Source: Bacteroidia bacterium (GTDB taxonomy: Bacteria; Bacteroidota; Bacteroidia; Bacteroidales; VadinHA17). Taken from it: 64,000 bases of DNA. Made by a program: the position numbers and the translations under genes. Location: assembly GCA_026391215.1 (NCBI GenBank), contig JAPLDX010000059.1, positions 1-64,000 of the forward strand, given 5' to 3'. This document shows positions 20,249 through 29,214 of the stretch, one piece after another. The first letter of the stretch is position 1. Each line of letters begins with the position of its first letter. The notes beneath the pieces are model-generated. The model did no database searches, was not told where the DNA came from, and saw nothing but the letters and a program-made list of their open reading frames with translations.

Positions 20249-20276
20249 AAAAACACAGAAATCTTCCTGTGTTTTT
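20249..20276 (-). terminator. Intrinsic terminator downstream of ECF sigma and the small ORF
   Basis: AAAAACACAG-N8-CTGTGTTTTT inverted repeat. Confidence 0.65.
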
Positions 20277-20284
20277 CATTTTTT

Positions 20285-20473
20285 TTAATAATTCTTCCTG
20301 ATCTTCTCAATCAGCCGGCGTGTCAGCCGTCTTCCCGGAACAGGTTTAACCTGGTTCAGGATACCTGTCACATCGCTGAACTGGCAATCAATACCAAAAG
20401 CATCCTCATAAAGGTCAATTTTGTCAGTTTTGATATCGCGGTATGAAAGGAAAGGAGTAAAAGTTAATCCCAT
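20285..20473 (-). CDS. Small hypothetical protein downstream of ECF sigma
   Basis: 62-aa ORF with an A-rich initiation region, co-oriented with sigma and followed by a terminator. Confidence 0.55.
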   Translation of the reverse strand: MGLTFTPFLSYRDIKTDKIDLYEDAFGIDCQFSDVTGILNQVKPVPGRRLTRRLIEKIRKNY

Positions 20474-20538
20474 AGGCGTTATTTTTTATTAAAAACGCCT
20501 GTCTTATTATAATATTGTATAATAATAAAGAAAATTAT

Positions 20539-20677
20539 CCCCGTCCCGTTGAAGCGGGACCGCCCCCTAAAAGGGGGCCTGATACCAAATCATAATTATA
20601 ATTTGTATTGCGTCATAGCCCCCCTTCTTCGTCTTCGCGTAGCCGCTTCGGCGGAGCAAGGCAGGGGGGATGGGGGG
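20539..20677. repeat. REP/REPIN-like element, copy 2, with nested 35-bp palindrome (20628-20662)
   Basis: Arm CCCC-GTCCCGTTGAAGCGGGAC-CGCCCCCTAAAAGGGGGCC, AT-rich spacer, arm TAGCCCCCCTTC-[insert]-AGGGGGGATGGGGGG. Confidence 0.88.
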
Positions 20678-21265
20678 TCAGTTCAATGTAAGGCTTATCT
20701 TCTTTTCTTCCATGAGCTTACGCATGTTGATGAGGGCGTATCTCATTCGTCCCAGGGCTGTATTGATACTGACATCAGTGATTTCAGCAATCTCCTTGAA
20801 GCTCAGACCTGCATAATGACGCAGGATAACAACTTCACGCTGGTCCTCAGGGAGCAGGCTGATCATTTTCCTTACATCTTTCTGGATCTGCCTTTTTATC
20901 ATATCATCCTCTATCGTGGCATCAGCCAGCTTTCTGGAATTAAAGATATCTGACTCATAATCGTCATTTGAGATGGTATTCATCTGTTTCACCCTCCTGA
21001 AATGGTCTATGATCAGGTTATGGGCAATACGCATGACCCATGAAAGGAATTTACCGTTATCGTAGTACTTTCCGGCTTTAACGGACTGAATCACCTTCAT
21101 GAAGGTATCCTGGAAAAGATCCTCGGCAAGAGCCTGATCGCGTATATATAAGCTGATATACGCAAAAACTTTATTCTTATGACGGTGGATTAGCTGATCA
21201 AAGCATGACTGCTCACCTTTTATGAACCTCTGTATCAGTTCATAATCGGAAATCATTTTGTTCAT
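20678..21265 (-). CDS. ECF (sigma-70 group 4) RNA polymerase sigma factor
   Basis: AEDLFQDTFMK, WVMRIAHNLIIDHFR, LSFKEIAEITDVSINTALGRMRYA. Confidence 0.95.
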   Translation of the reverse strand: MNKMISDYELIQRFIKGEQSCFDQLIHRHKNKVFAYISLYIRDQALAEDLFQDTFMKVIQSVKAGKYYDNGKFLSWVMRIAHNLIIDHFRRVKQMNTISNDDYESDIFNSRKLADATIEDDMIKRQIQKDVRKMISLLPEDQREVVILRHYAGLSFKEIAEITDVSINTALGRMRYALINMRKLMEEKKISLTLN

Positions 21266-21422
21266 AGCTCACTCTTTTAGTTAACAAGAGTAGAGTTGTT
21301 GAATAGGCAGTCCTCCTTTATTAAGAATTTAATGCAACACAAAAGAAAACAATTTTTTTTAATCTGAAAGTATTACTTTTGAATTTTAACATAAAATTTA
21401 CACTAATAGCCGGAAATCATTG

Positions 21423-24215
21423 ATGAACGGAAGTATTGAAATCAGAGGGGCAAGGGTTCATAATCTGAAAAATATTAGTGTCAGCATCCCGAGAAACAAG
21501 CTTATTGTAATAACAGGAGTATCAGGTTCAGGTAAGTCCTCACTTGCCTTTGATACCATTTATGCAGAAGGACAGAGAAGGTATGTTGAAAGTCTCTCAT
21601 CTTATGCCCGCCAGTTCCTTGGCAGGATGAATAAGCCCGAGGTAGACTTCATAAACGGCATTCCCCCTGCCATTGCCATTGAACAAAAGGTCAATTCCCG
21701 AAATCCGCGTTCCACGGTTGGCACATCAACAGAGATATATGATTACATGAGGCTCCTTTATGCAAGGATCGGGCGGACTTTTTCACCCGTATCCGGGAAG
21801 GAGGTAAAGAAGCATAGCGTTGACGATATTGTAGGCTTCCTGGCTTCTCTTCCTGAAGGGACTAAAGTGATAATTACTTCATCAGGAGAAATACCTGCAA
21901 ATATCAAGACGTCCGAATATTTCTCGTTTCTCAGCAAGCAGGGCTTTGACAGAATTGAGTCGGATGGAGAGATGCTCCGGACCGATGAGATAATCAACAG
22001 AGAAGATTTTAAAACTGGTCAGCAGATCAATATAGTGATTGACAGGCTTGTAATAAGCCATTCTTCAGATAATTTCAGCAGGGCAGCTGATTCTGCCCAG
22101 ACGGCTTTCCAGACTGGTCAGGGATATTGTCAGGTGGTAATACTCAGTGACAACGGAGTCAGGAGAGAGAGCTTCTCAAACAAATTCGAAGCTGACGGTA
22201 TAATGTTTGAAGAACCCTCGGAATATCTTTTCAGTTTCAATAACCCTATTGGTGCATGTCCTGTTTGTGAGGGATACAGTAAGATCATAGGCATTGATGA
22301 GAACCTTGTTATCCCGGATCAGAATCTTTCAGTTTATGAAGATGCTATTGCCTGCTGGAAAGGCGAAACAATGAAGAAATGGAAGGAAAGACTCATCACA
22401 AATGCAGAACTATTTGATTTTCCAATACATAAGCCCTATTACCAGCTTAATCAGCAGCAGAAAGAGGTTCTCTGGAACGGTAACAGGTATTTTTACGGGC
22501 TGAACCGCTTCTTTCAGCACCTGGAAGAGAAGAAATATAAGATACAGTACAGGGTGCTGCTGAGCCGCTATCGAGGGAAAACTATATGTCCCGGATGTAA
22601 AGGCTCCAGACTGAAAAAAGAGGCAGGATATGTTAAGGTTGCCGGTAAGAACATCCAGGAGCTTGTTTCCCTGCCTGTAGATAAATTGTATAAATTCTTC
22701 AAAGAAATATCCCTCGCAGCACCTGATGCCGTGATTGCTGAAAGGCTGCTGAAGGAAATAACCATACGTCTTCGCTTTCTGATTGATGTCGGACTTCCCT
22801 ATCTTACCCTGGACAGGCTTTCTTCAACCCTGTCAGGAGGAGAATCACAGAGAATAAATTTATCCACATCACTGGGCAGCAATCTTGTTGGTTCGCTGTA
22901 CATTCTTGACGAACCAAGCATCGGATTGCATCCACGGGATACTAATCTTCTGATTGAAGTACTGAAGGAGCTTCGTGACCTTGGCAACACTGTAATCGTT
23001 GTGGAACATGAAGAAGAGATCATTAAGGCTGCAGATGATATAGTGGATATGGGTCCTGAGGCAGGCAGGCTTGGAGGTGAGGTAGTGTTCCATGGAGGGC
23101 TTGACCTTACGACTGCAAATCAATCGCTTACTGCAGGTTACCTGAGCGGAAGGCTCTGTGTTCCCGTTCCGGCAACCAGAAGAAAATGGAACAGCTATAT
23201 TGAAGTCAGGGGTGCAAGAGAAAATAACCTCAAAGCGATAGATGTCAGGTTCCCACTTCATACAATAACAGCTGTAACGGGTGTCAGCGGATCAGGTAAA
23301 TCGAGCCTGGTATCTGATACCCTATTTAAATATCTTTCCAGCCGGGTTAATGGCAATAATCTGAAACCCGGACAGTTCAGGGAGATCAAAGGTGATATTT
23401 CCGGTCTGACAGGTGTTGAGATGGTTGATCAGAATCCTATTGGCAAATCGAGCAGATCAAATCCTGTAACCTATCTAAAAGCATATGATGAGATCAGGAA
23501 GCTTTATTCAGAGTTGCAGGCATCGGTTCAGAATAGCTTCAAGGCATCCCATTTTTCATTCAATATTGAGGGAGGACGGTGTGAGGAGTGCCAGGGAGAA
23601 GGTATCATCCATGTTGAAATGCAGTTCATGGCAGATGTGGAGCTTACATGTGAAGCCTGTAAGGGAATGAGATTCAAAAAAGATATTCTTGAAGTAAAGT
23701 ATTACGGAAAGAATATCTATGATATGCTTGAAATGACGATTGATGATGCAATTGAATTCTTCAGCAGTCATCCCGGCAAGAGTGAAAAAAGGATCATGGA
23801 GAAGTTAAAACCACTGTCAGATGTAGGTCTCGGGTACATAAAGATGGGGCAATCCTCGAGTACGCTTTCCGGAGGAGAGAGCCAGAGGGTAAAGCTTGCA
23901 TACTTTCTAAGCCAGGAAAAGGGCAATGGCCATATCCTTTTTATTTTTGATGAACCAACCACCGGTCTTCATTTTCATGACATAAATAAGCTTCTCAGGT
24001 CTTTAAATGCACTTGTTGATCATGGTCATTCAGTCATTCTTATTGAACATAACCAGGAGGTTATCAAAAGCTGCGACTGGGTGATTGATCTTGGTCCTGA
24101 AGGAGGAGAAGATGGTGGTCATGTAGTTTTTGCCGGAAAGCCTGAGGATCTTGCAAAATGTAAAGGATCGCATACAGGAAGGTTCCTGGCGCCTAAGCTG
24201 AATAAAAACAAATAG
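21423..24215 (+). CDS. uvrA: Excinuclease ABC subunit A
   Basis: GARVHNLK, two GVSGSGKSS Walker A motifs, two LSGGESQR signatures, CxxC zinc-finger pairs. Confidence 0.96.
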   Translation: MNGSIEIRGARVHNLKNISVSIPRNKLIVITGVSGSGKSSLAFDTIYAEGQRRYVESLSSYARQFLGRMNKPEVDFINGIPPAIAIEQKVNSRNPRSTVGTSTEIYDYMRLLYARIGRTFSPVSGKEVKKHSVDDIVGFLASLPEGTKVIITSSGEIPANIKTSEYFSFLSKQGFDRIESDGEMLRTDEIINREDFKTGQQINIVIDRLVISHSSDNFSRAADSAQTAFQTGQGYCQVVILSDNGVRRESFSNKFEADGIMFEEPSEYLFSFNNPIGACPVCEGYSKIIGIDENLVIPDQNLSVYEDAIACWKGETMKKWKERLITNAELFDFPIHKPYYQLNQQQKEVLWNGNRYFYGLNRFFQHLEEKKYKIQYRVLLSRYRGKTICPGCKGSRLKKEAGYVKVAGKNIQELVSLPVDKLYKFFKEISLAAPDAVIAERLLKEITIRLRFLIDVGLPYLTLDRLSSTLSGGESQRINLSTSLGSNLVGSLYILDEPSIGLHPRDTNLLIEVLKELRDLGNTVIVVEHEEEIIKAADDIVDMGPEAGRLGGEVVFHGGLDLTTANQSLTAGYLSGRLCVPVPATRRKWNSYIEVRGARENNLKAIDVRFPLHTITAVTGVSGSGKSSLVSDTLFKYLSSRVNGNNLKPGQFREIKGDISGLTGVEMVDQNPIGKSSRSNPVTYLKAYDEIRKLYSELQASVQNSFKASHFSFNIEGGRCEECQGEGIIHVEMQFMADVELTCEACKGMRFKKDILEVKYYGKNIYDMLEMTIDDAIEFFSSHPGKSEKRIMEKLKPLSDVGLGYIKMGQSSSTLSGGESQRVKLAYFLSQEKGNGHILFIFDEPTTGLHFHDINKLLRSLNALVDHGHSVILIEHNQEVIKSCDWVIDLGPEGGEDGGHVVFAGKPEDLAKCKGSHTGRFLAPKLNKNK

Positions 24216-24239
24216 GGACGTTGTTTGCAACGTCCCTAT
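24212..24239. repeat. Palindrome between convergent genes (GTAG-REP-like; may act as a terminator)
   Basis: ATAGGGACGTTG-TTTG-CAACGTCCCTAT, perfect 12-bp stem without U-tracts. Confidence 0.7.
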
Positions 24240-24261
24240 GAAAAATATTCTGATCCAGAAT

Positions 24262-24705
24262 CTACTTCTTAAGTTTAAATCCGAACATAATTGCCACACA
24301 TCCGCTGGCAGGAGTATCTCCGGTCTGGTTAAACGAGGATACTTTGATCACAAGTTTAAGCTGCTGGCTTGATTCAAGCTTAAAATCCCATGTACTGGCA
24401 TAATCCTTATCCTTATTTGAATAGAGGATATTTTTATTCGTATCAATGATCCTGAATTCAATGGAAGGCAGTTTATCCTCACCTACAATGGCAACCCTGT
24501 ACTCCATATCGGAGTAAAATGTCTTATATAGTTCTGCCTCTTCGCCCTCAATCAGAACGGCTGCATGATAGTTTCCGTCATGAGTATAGGTAGCAAGTTC
24601 GGGTAGACATTCTTTCTTGGCAAATGCCTTGCATTGGGCATTTACAGAACCATTTAAGGCAAAAATGAGAAATGCGGCTAATGTTATAGTCTTAAATAGT
24701 TTCAT
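24262..24705 (-). CDS. Hypothetical exported protein with Cys residues
   Basis: Signal peptide ending NA-Q; QCKAFAKKEC...GCVA; beta-sandwich-like pattern. Confidence 0.8.
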   Translation of the reverse strand: MKLFKTITLAAFLIFALNGSVNAQCKAFAKKECLPELATYTHDGNYHAAVLIEGEEAELYKTFYSDMEYRVAIVGEDKLPSIEFRIIDTNKNILYSNKDKDYASTWDFKLESSQQLKLVIKVSSFNQTGDTPASGCVAIMFGFKLKK

Positions 24706-24711
24706 AGCGTC

Positions 24712-25629
24712 TTATTTTACAAATGAATTTCTGATCTCACCTACTACTGTTGAAAGTTCCACGAATACAGCCGGAGTCATATCTGTTTTAATTTCTGATT
24801 TGAGGACTGTGGAATTGGTTGCCGGATCATATTCAGGTCTGATAGGGCTTGTATCGATTTTTATTTTATCGAAGACAGCCTTCAGCTTGGATACCTCTAC
24901 TATCAGTTCATCAACAGCAGGATTTCCCTTGCTTTCATTGAGAAGGTTGAGAAGTATGTCAATGGAGAGTTTCTGATCAATGATCCTGGAGACCAGCTTG
25001 TTGCCATTAAATTCTTTCATATCAACCAGCTGGGTGGAGGTATACAGACCTTCGATCCATCCTCCTACAAGAACCATTGCAGCAGTAGCGGGCTGACCGT
25101 TATCCTCAAGGTATGAATTTGAATTCATGAAGGTCTGGGAAACAATGTCCATAATAACCTCAACGTTGTTGATATTCTCTTCAAGCTTGTCAATATCTTC
25201 CTGTTCAATGGCTTTAAGGATTCCAAGTCCGTCAGCCATCTTTTTGGCAGCATTCATATAATCTATCAGAAGCTGGGTCTGTTCATACATACTGGCGAAA
25301 CTAAGGTCGCAGGTATACACACCCAGGTTAAGAGCCATCGCCTTGCTGGTCACGTAAGTATTGACATTCGTAACCGGGTTGAGCAGAGATTCATCAAATT
25401 TTGCCCCTGCAGATTTGATAAGCATTGCTGATTCGAGCGGAGACGGTAATGCATTGAATATCGTTTCTGCCTGTTTAATATCCTGTAGAACTGCTGCATT
25501 ATTCTGCTGTACATCAATTTTGATTTCCTCCTCGGGAGCCTTTTTCCCACCTTTGCAGGCGGTTAGGAAGCCCAGAGCCAGTATAAATACAAACAAAATA
25601 CCTGAACTAATTCTGTACTTTTTATTCAT
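24712..25629 (-). CDS. Hypothetical all-alpha lipoprotein
   Basis: Lipobox LTAC; LPSPLE, ALNLGVYTCDL, GGWIEGLY motifs. Confidence 0.82.
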   Translation of the reverse strand: MNKKYRISSGILFVFILALGFLTACKGGKKAPEEEIKIDVQQNNAAVLQDIKQAETIFNALPSPLESAMLIKSAGAKFDESLLNPVTNVNTYVTSKAMALNLGVYTCDLSFASMYEQTQLLIDYMNAAKKMADGLGILKAIEQEDIDKLEENINNVEVIMDIVSQTFMNSNSYLEDNGQPATAAMVLVGGWIEGLYTSTQLVDMKEFNGNKLVSRIIDQKLSIDILLNLLNESKGNPAVDELIVEVSKLKAVFDKIKIDTSPIRPEYDPATNSTVLKSEIKTDMTPAVFVELSTVVGEIRNSFVK

Positions 25630-25747
25630 AGTCTGAGTGTTTAATTTTTCAAACGTAATTTACGACTAAATTAGTATATTATTTTTATTTTTCAAAAACA
25701 GTGCCACTAATTGACTCTATTTCTAACTTTGTCAAAATTTTATTGAT

Positions 25748-26263
25748 GTGATAAAGTCAGATAAAAAGCTTAAGGAATTCACTGCACTATTAAGCAGAAA
25801 CAATAAGACAGCCATATCTGAAGCAATACTTTTTCTTCGTGAAGAGGAGCCTTTTGAGGGTGCCATAGCTCTTTTAGCTTCTTTATACGATAGATCTGAC
25901 GAGCGTTCAATATTGAAAATTATTGAAGTCTTCTTTAATGATATCAAGGATCACTCTGTCAGGCCGGAGGTGATTGCGGAGATAAGAAAACCATGGAAAG
26001 CCAACACTATCAGCATGTTAATATCATCATGCTGGCAATCTGGACTCGATTATTCCGATTACCTGACCGATATGGCAAAGATTTTCCTGGAGAGAGACTA
26101 TTCCACAGCAATAGAGTGCATGACTGCCATCTCAGAATCAGCCAATAACAGCAGCAGGGAACAAAAAGATGAGATAATAAGGATTGTCAGGGAGAGCCCT
26201 CTTTCATTTACCAATGAAAAAAACACCCTTACCCGGGAGCTGATCTCAATACTTGAAAAATAA
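25748..26263 (+). CDS. Hypothetical helical-repeat (HEAT-like) protein
   Basis: GTG start, amphipathic helices, SSCWQSGLDYS; TAACTTTG -7 box at 25724-25731. Confidence 0.72.
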   Translation: MIKSDKKLKEFTALLSRNNKTAISEAILFLREEEPFEGAIALLASLYDRSDERSILKIIEVFFNDIKDHSVRPEVIAEIRKPWKANTISMLISSCWQSGLDYSDYLTDMAKIFLERDYSTAIECMTAISESANNSSREQKDEIIRIVRESPLSFTNEKNTLTRELISILEK

Positions 26264-26269
26264 TTTGCT

Positions 26270-27247
26270 TTAATCTTCTGAAGAGAAATATTTCATGAAT
26301 TGGGTTCTTTCATAAACCACAGGGTTCTTGTAGTTTCGCCTGTTAAGCTTTCCTCTGAATTCACTTATTGAACCGAATCCCTTTTTATCCATCCACATCT
26401 CTATCTTATTGTTCATATCTTTGAGATAAGGGATCCCTTTATCATAGAGCACTGAACAAACCTGCACCGTATTAGCCCCGGCAAGCAGATATCTGATAGC
26501 ATCAGCTCCGCTGTGAACCCCGGTGGATGCAGAAATATCTATTTTACAATCCTGTGCGCTTGCCATAGCTATCCACCTGAGAACCAGTCTTCTCTCACTT
26601 TCAGTACTGAATATCGAAGCCGGGACAATGTCAATCTTGTCTATATTGATGTCCGGTTCATAAAACCTGTTGAACATAACAACGCCTTCCACTTTTCTCA
26701 TATAGAACTGGTCAATCATGTACAGTATATTGGAAAACCGGAATCCGATCTTGATTGCTATCGGGATCTTAAGAGTCTTTTTGAGCTTTTCAATCAGATC
26801 GAGGTAGATCTTTTCAGAATCTGCTGATGTTTTCTTCCTGTCGAGAGGCATGAAAAAAACATTGATCTCGAGGGCGTCAGCTCCGGCTTCTGCGATATTT
26901 TTTGCGAATCCGGTCCATCCTTCTGATGAGAAACAATTTATACTCGGGATGACCGGTATGCCAAGGATCTCTTTTGCTTTCCTGATAAGATTAAGATATT
27001 CATCAACAGAATTTGACCTGACATAATTAGCAACATAATCATCTGCCTCAGGGTATCCCGGAGAAGGGTGAAATGTGCTGATATGATGATTTATCTGCTC
27101 TTCAAAAAGTGATTTAAGAACTACAGCCCCGGCACCGCTGTCTTCTGCTTCTTTAAGATAACCCAGCGTTGAAGTGAGCCTGCTGCTGCTGACTATAAGA
27201 GGGCTTTTAAGATCCAGCCCAAGATATTTTACAGATAGTTTTTCCAT
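26270..27247 (-). CDS. Dihydroorotate dehydrogenase-like FMN protein
   Basis: GAGAVVLKSLFEEQI, GADALEIN, FNRFYEPDI, ASTGVHSG, LLAGANTVQ. Confidence 0.88.
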   Translation of the reverse strand: MEKLSVKYLGLDLKSPLIVSSSRLTSTLGYLKEAEDSGAGAVVLKSLFEEQINHHISTFHPSPGYPEADDYVANYVRSNSVDEYLNLIRKAKEILGIPVIPSINCFSSEGWTGFAKNIAEAGADALEINVFFMPLDRKKTSADSEKIYLDLIEKLKKTLKIPIAIKIGFRFSNILYMIDQFYMRKVEGVVMFNRFYEPDINIDKIDIVPASIFSTESERRLVLRWIAMASAQDCKIDISASTGVHSGADAIRYLLAGANTVQVCSVLYDKGIPYLKDMNNKIEMWMDKKGFGSISEFRGKLNRRNYKNPVVYERTQFMKYFSSED

Positions 27248-27279
27248 ATCCTCAATATTATTCCACTAATAACTGTAAA

Positions 27280-27954
27280 TTACTTTCTTTCACCAAATAT
27301 AATACTTCCAATCCTTACAATAGTGCTTCCTTCCTCAATCGCAATCCTGAAATCGCCTGACATTCCCATTGATATTTCCTTAAACGATGGCTGGTCGGAA
27401 AAATAGCCGGTTTTCATCTTTGTAAAATAATCAAAAAGCATTTTAAATTCATCGCGGACCTGGTGCGTATTGTCTGTAAAAGTGGCCATTCCCATTACCC
27501 CGCAAATTTTCACCTGCCTGAGTTGCTGAAAGTCTTCTGATCCAAGCATCCCGTTTACTTCTTCCATGCTGAAGCCGAATTTTGTCTCTTCCATGGCTAT
27601 GTGAAATTGAAGCAGGCAGTCAATTACCCTGTTGATCTTTGAGGCTTCATTATTGATTATCTTTAGAAGCCTGTAGGTATCAACCGATTGTATCATGCTT
27701 ATAAAAGGAGCAATATATCTGACCTTATTGCTCTGAAGATGACCGATATAATGCCATTCCACGTCCTGGGGCAACAACTCCTTTTTTGAAATAAGCTCCT
27801 GAACCCTGTTCTCACCGAAAATCCTTTGACCGGTGTCATATACTTCAAGGATTTCAGCCGCTGATTTTGTTTTTGATACAGCAACAAGCCTTACAGATGA
27901 AGGGATCTGTTGTCTGAGTGAGATGATATTTGAAGCTATATCCGGCACAATCAA
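27280..27954 (-). CDS. yggS: PLP homeostasis protein YggS/PLPBP
   Basis: LVAVSKT, FGENRVQE, WHYIGHLQSNK, SMGMSGD, VRIGSIIFG. Confidence 0.95.
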   Translation of the reverse strand: MIVPDIASNIISLRQQIPSSVRLVAVSKTKSAAEILEVYDTGQRIFGENRVQELISKKELLPQDVEWHYIGHLQSNKVRYIAPFISMIQSVDTYRLLKIINNEASKINRVIDCLLQFHIAMEETKFGFSMEEVNGMLGSEDFQQLRQVKICGVMGMATFTDNTHQVRDEFKMLFDYFTKMKTGYFSDQPSFKEISMGMSGDFRIAIEEGSTIVRIGSIIFGERK

Positions 27955-29201
27955 TCGAGCAGGTGTATTACCAGCCCGCTCCTCAGCTTTGGCTCAAACC
28001 AGGTTGTTTTAGGTGGCATGATATTCCCTGAATCAGCAATAGTGATCAGCTGCTTCATGGAAACAGGATATAGTGCGAATGCCACTTTCATCTCACCGCT
28101 GTCAACCCTTTTTTTCAGTTCACCTATACCGCGTATACCTCCAACAAAGTCAATACGCTTTGACCGCCTGAGATCCTGTATATCAAGAACCGGGGTCAGA
28201 ACCTGGTTTGTCAGGATAGTTACATCAAGCATCCCTACAGGATCATTATCATCGTATGTCCCTTTTCTGGCAGTCAGGCAGTACCACTCCCCTTCCAGAT
28301 ACATCGAGAAATTATGAAGCTTCCGCGGTTTATATATCCTGGCTCCCTTCTTTTTAATTTCAAATCCCTTTTCGAGTCTGGCTAGAAATTCTGCGCTGGT
28401 CAATCCGTTAAGGTCTTTTATAGTCCGGTTATAATCAATTATCCTCAATTGATTGTCCGGAAAATGTACAGCCAGGAAGTAATTATATTCCTCGGTACCT
28501 TTATGCTGCGGATTTTTCTCATGTTTTTCCTTTCCTACCAGCGCAGCTGCTGCTGTTCTGTGGTGACCATCGGCGACATATGTGAATGGTACCTTTTCAG
28601 CAAAGATCTGCTGTATCCGGCTATTCGTTTCAGGGTTGCGCACTACCCAGAAATGATGTCCAAATCCATCTTCGGCAGTGAAATCATACTCTGGCTTCCC
28701 CTTGCTCACAATCTTCTTTACAATTGTATCCATCTCTTTTACAGCTGGATATGTAAGAAATACCGGCTCAATATTGGCATTATTTGTTCGGATATGTATC
28801 ATCCTGTCCTGTTCCTTGTCAGGCCTGGTAAGCTCATGTTTCTTAATCTTTCCGTTCAGATAATCATCAACGGAAGCACATCCGACAATGCCATATTGTG
28901 TACGGCCGGACATTGTCTGGGCATAAATATAAAAATGAGGATCATCATCCTGAACCAGCCAGCCGTTTTTCTTCCAAAGTGAGAAATTACTCATGGATTT
29001 GCTGTAAACTTCCTCGGTATGCGTGTCAATGTCAGGGGAAAGGTCTATTTCAGCCCGGGTAATGTGAAGCAATGAACATTCTTTATTCCTGGCCATTGCC
29101 CGTGCTTCTTCCGTATTCATCACATCATAGGGAAGGCAGGCCAGATCTTTAGCTATTTCCCGGGGAGGTCTTACTCCCCTGAATGGTTTAACGATTGCCA
29201 T
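27951..29201 (-). CDS. DUF1015 family protein
   Basis: LPYDV, IKKHELTRPDKEQDR, YVADGHHRTAA, MPPKTTWFEPKLRSGL. Confidence 0.92.
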   Translation of the reverse strand: MAIVKPFRGVRPPREIAKDLACLPYDVMNTEEARAMARNKECSLLHITRAEIDLSPDIDTHTEEVYSKSMSNFSLWKKNGWLVQDDDPHFYIYAQTMSGRTQYGIVGCASVDDYLNGKIKKHELTRPDKEQDRMIHIRTNNANIEPVFLTYPAVKEMDTIVKKIVSKGKPEYDFTAEDGFGHHFWVVRNPETNSRIQQIFAEKVPFTYVADGHHRTAAAALVGKEKHEKNPQHKGTEEYNYFLAVHFPDNQLRIIDYNRTIKDLNGLTSAEFLARLEKGFEIKKKGARIYKPRKLHNFSMYLEGEWYCLTARKGTYDDNDPVGMLDVTILTNQVLTPVLDIQDLRRSKRIDFVGGIRGIGELKKRVDSGEMKVAFALYPVSMKQLITIADSGNIMPPKTTWFEPKLRSGLVIHLLD

Positions 29202-29214
29202 AAGCAATTTATAT

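Noticed and set aside
20549-20953. 134-aa plus-strand ORF
   Set aside because: Reads through the repeat element and antisense to the sigma gene; no transposase motifs
28449-28982. 177-aa plus-strand ORF
   Set aside because: Antisense shadow of DUF1015
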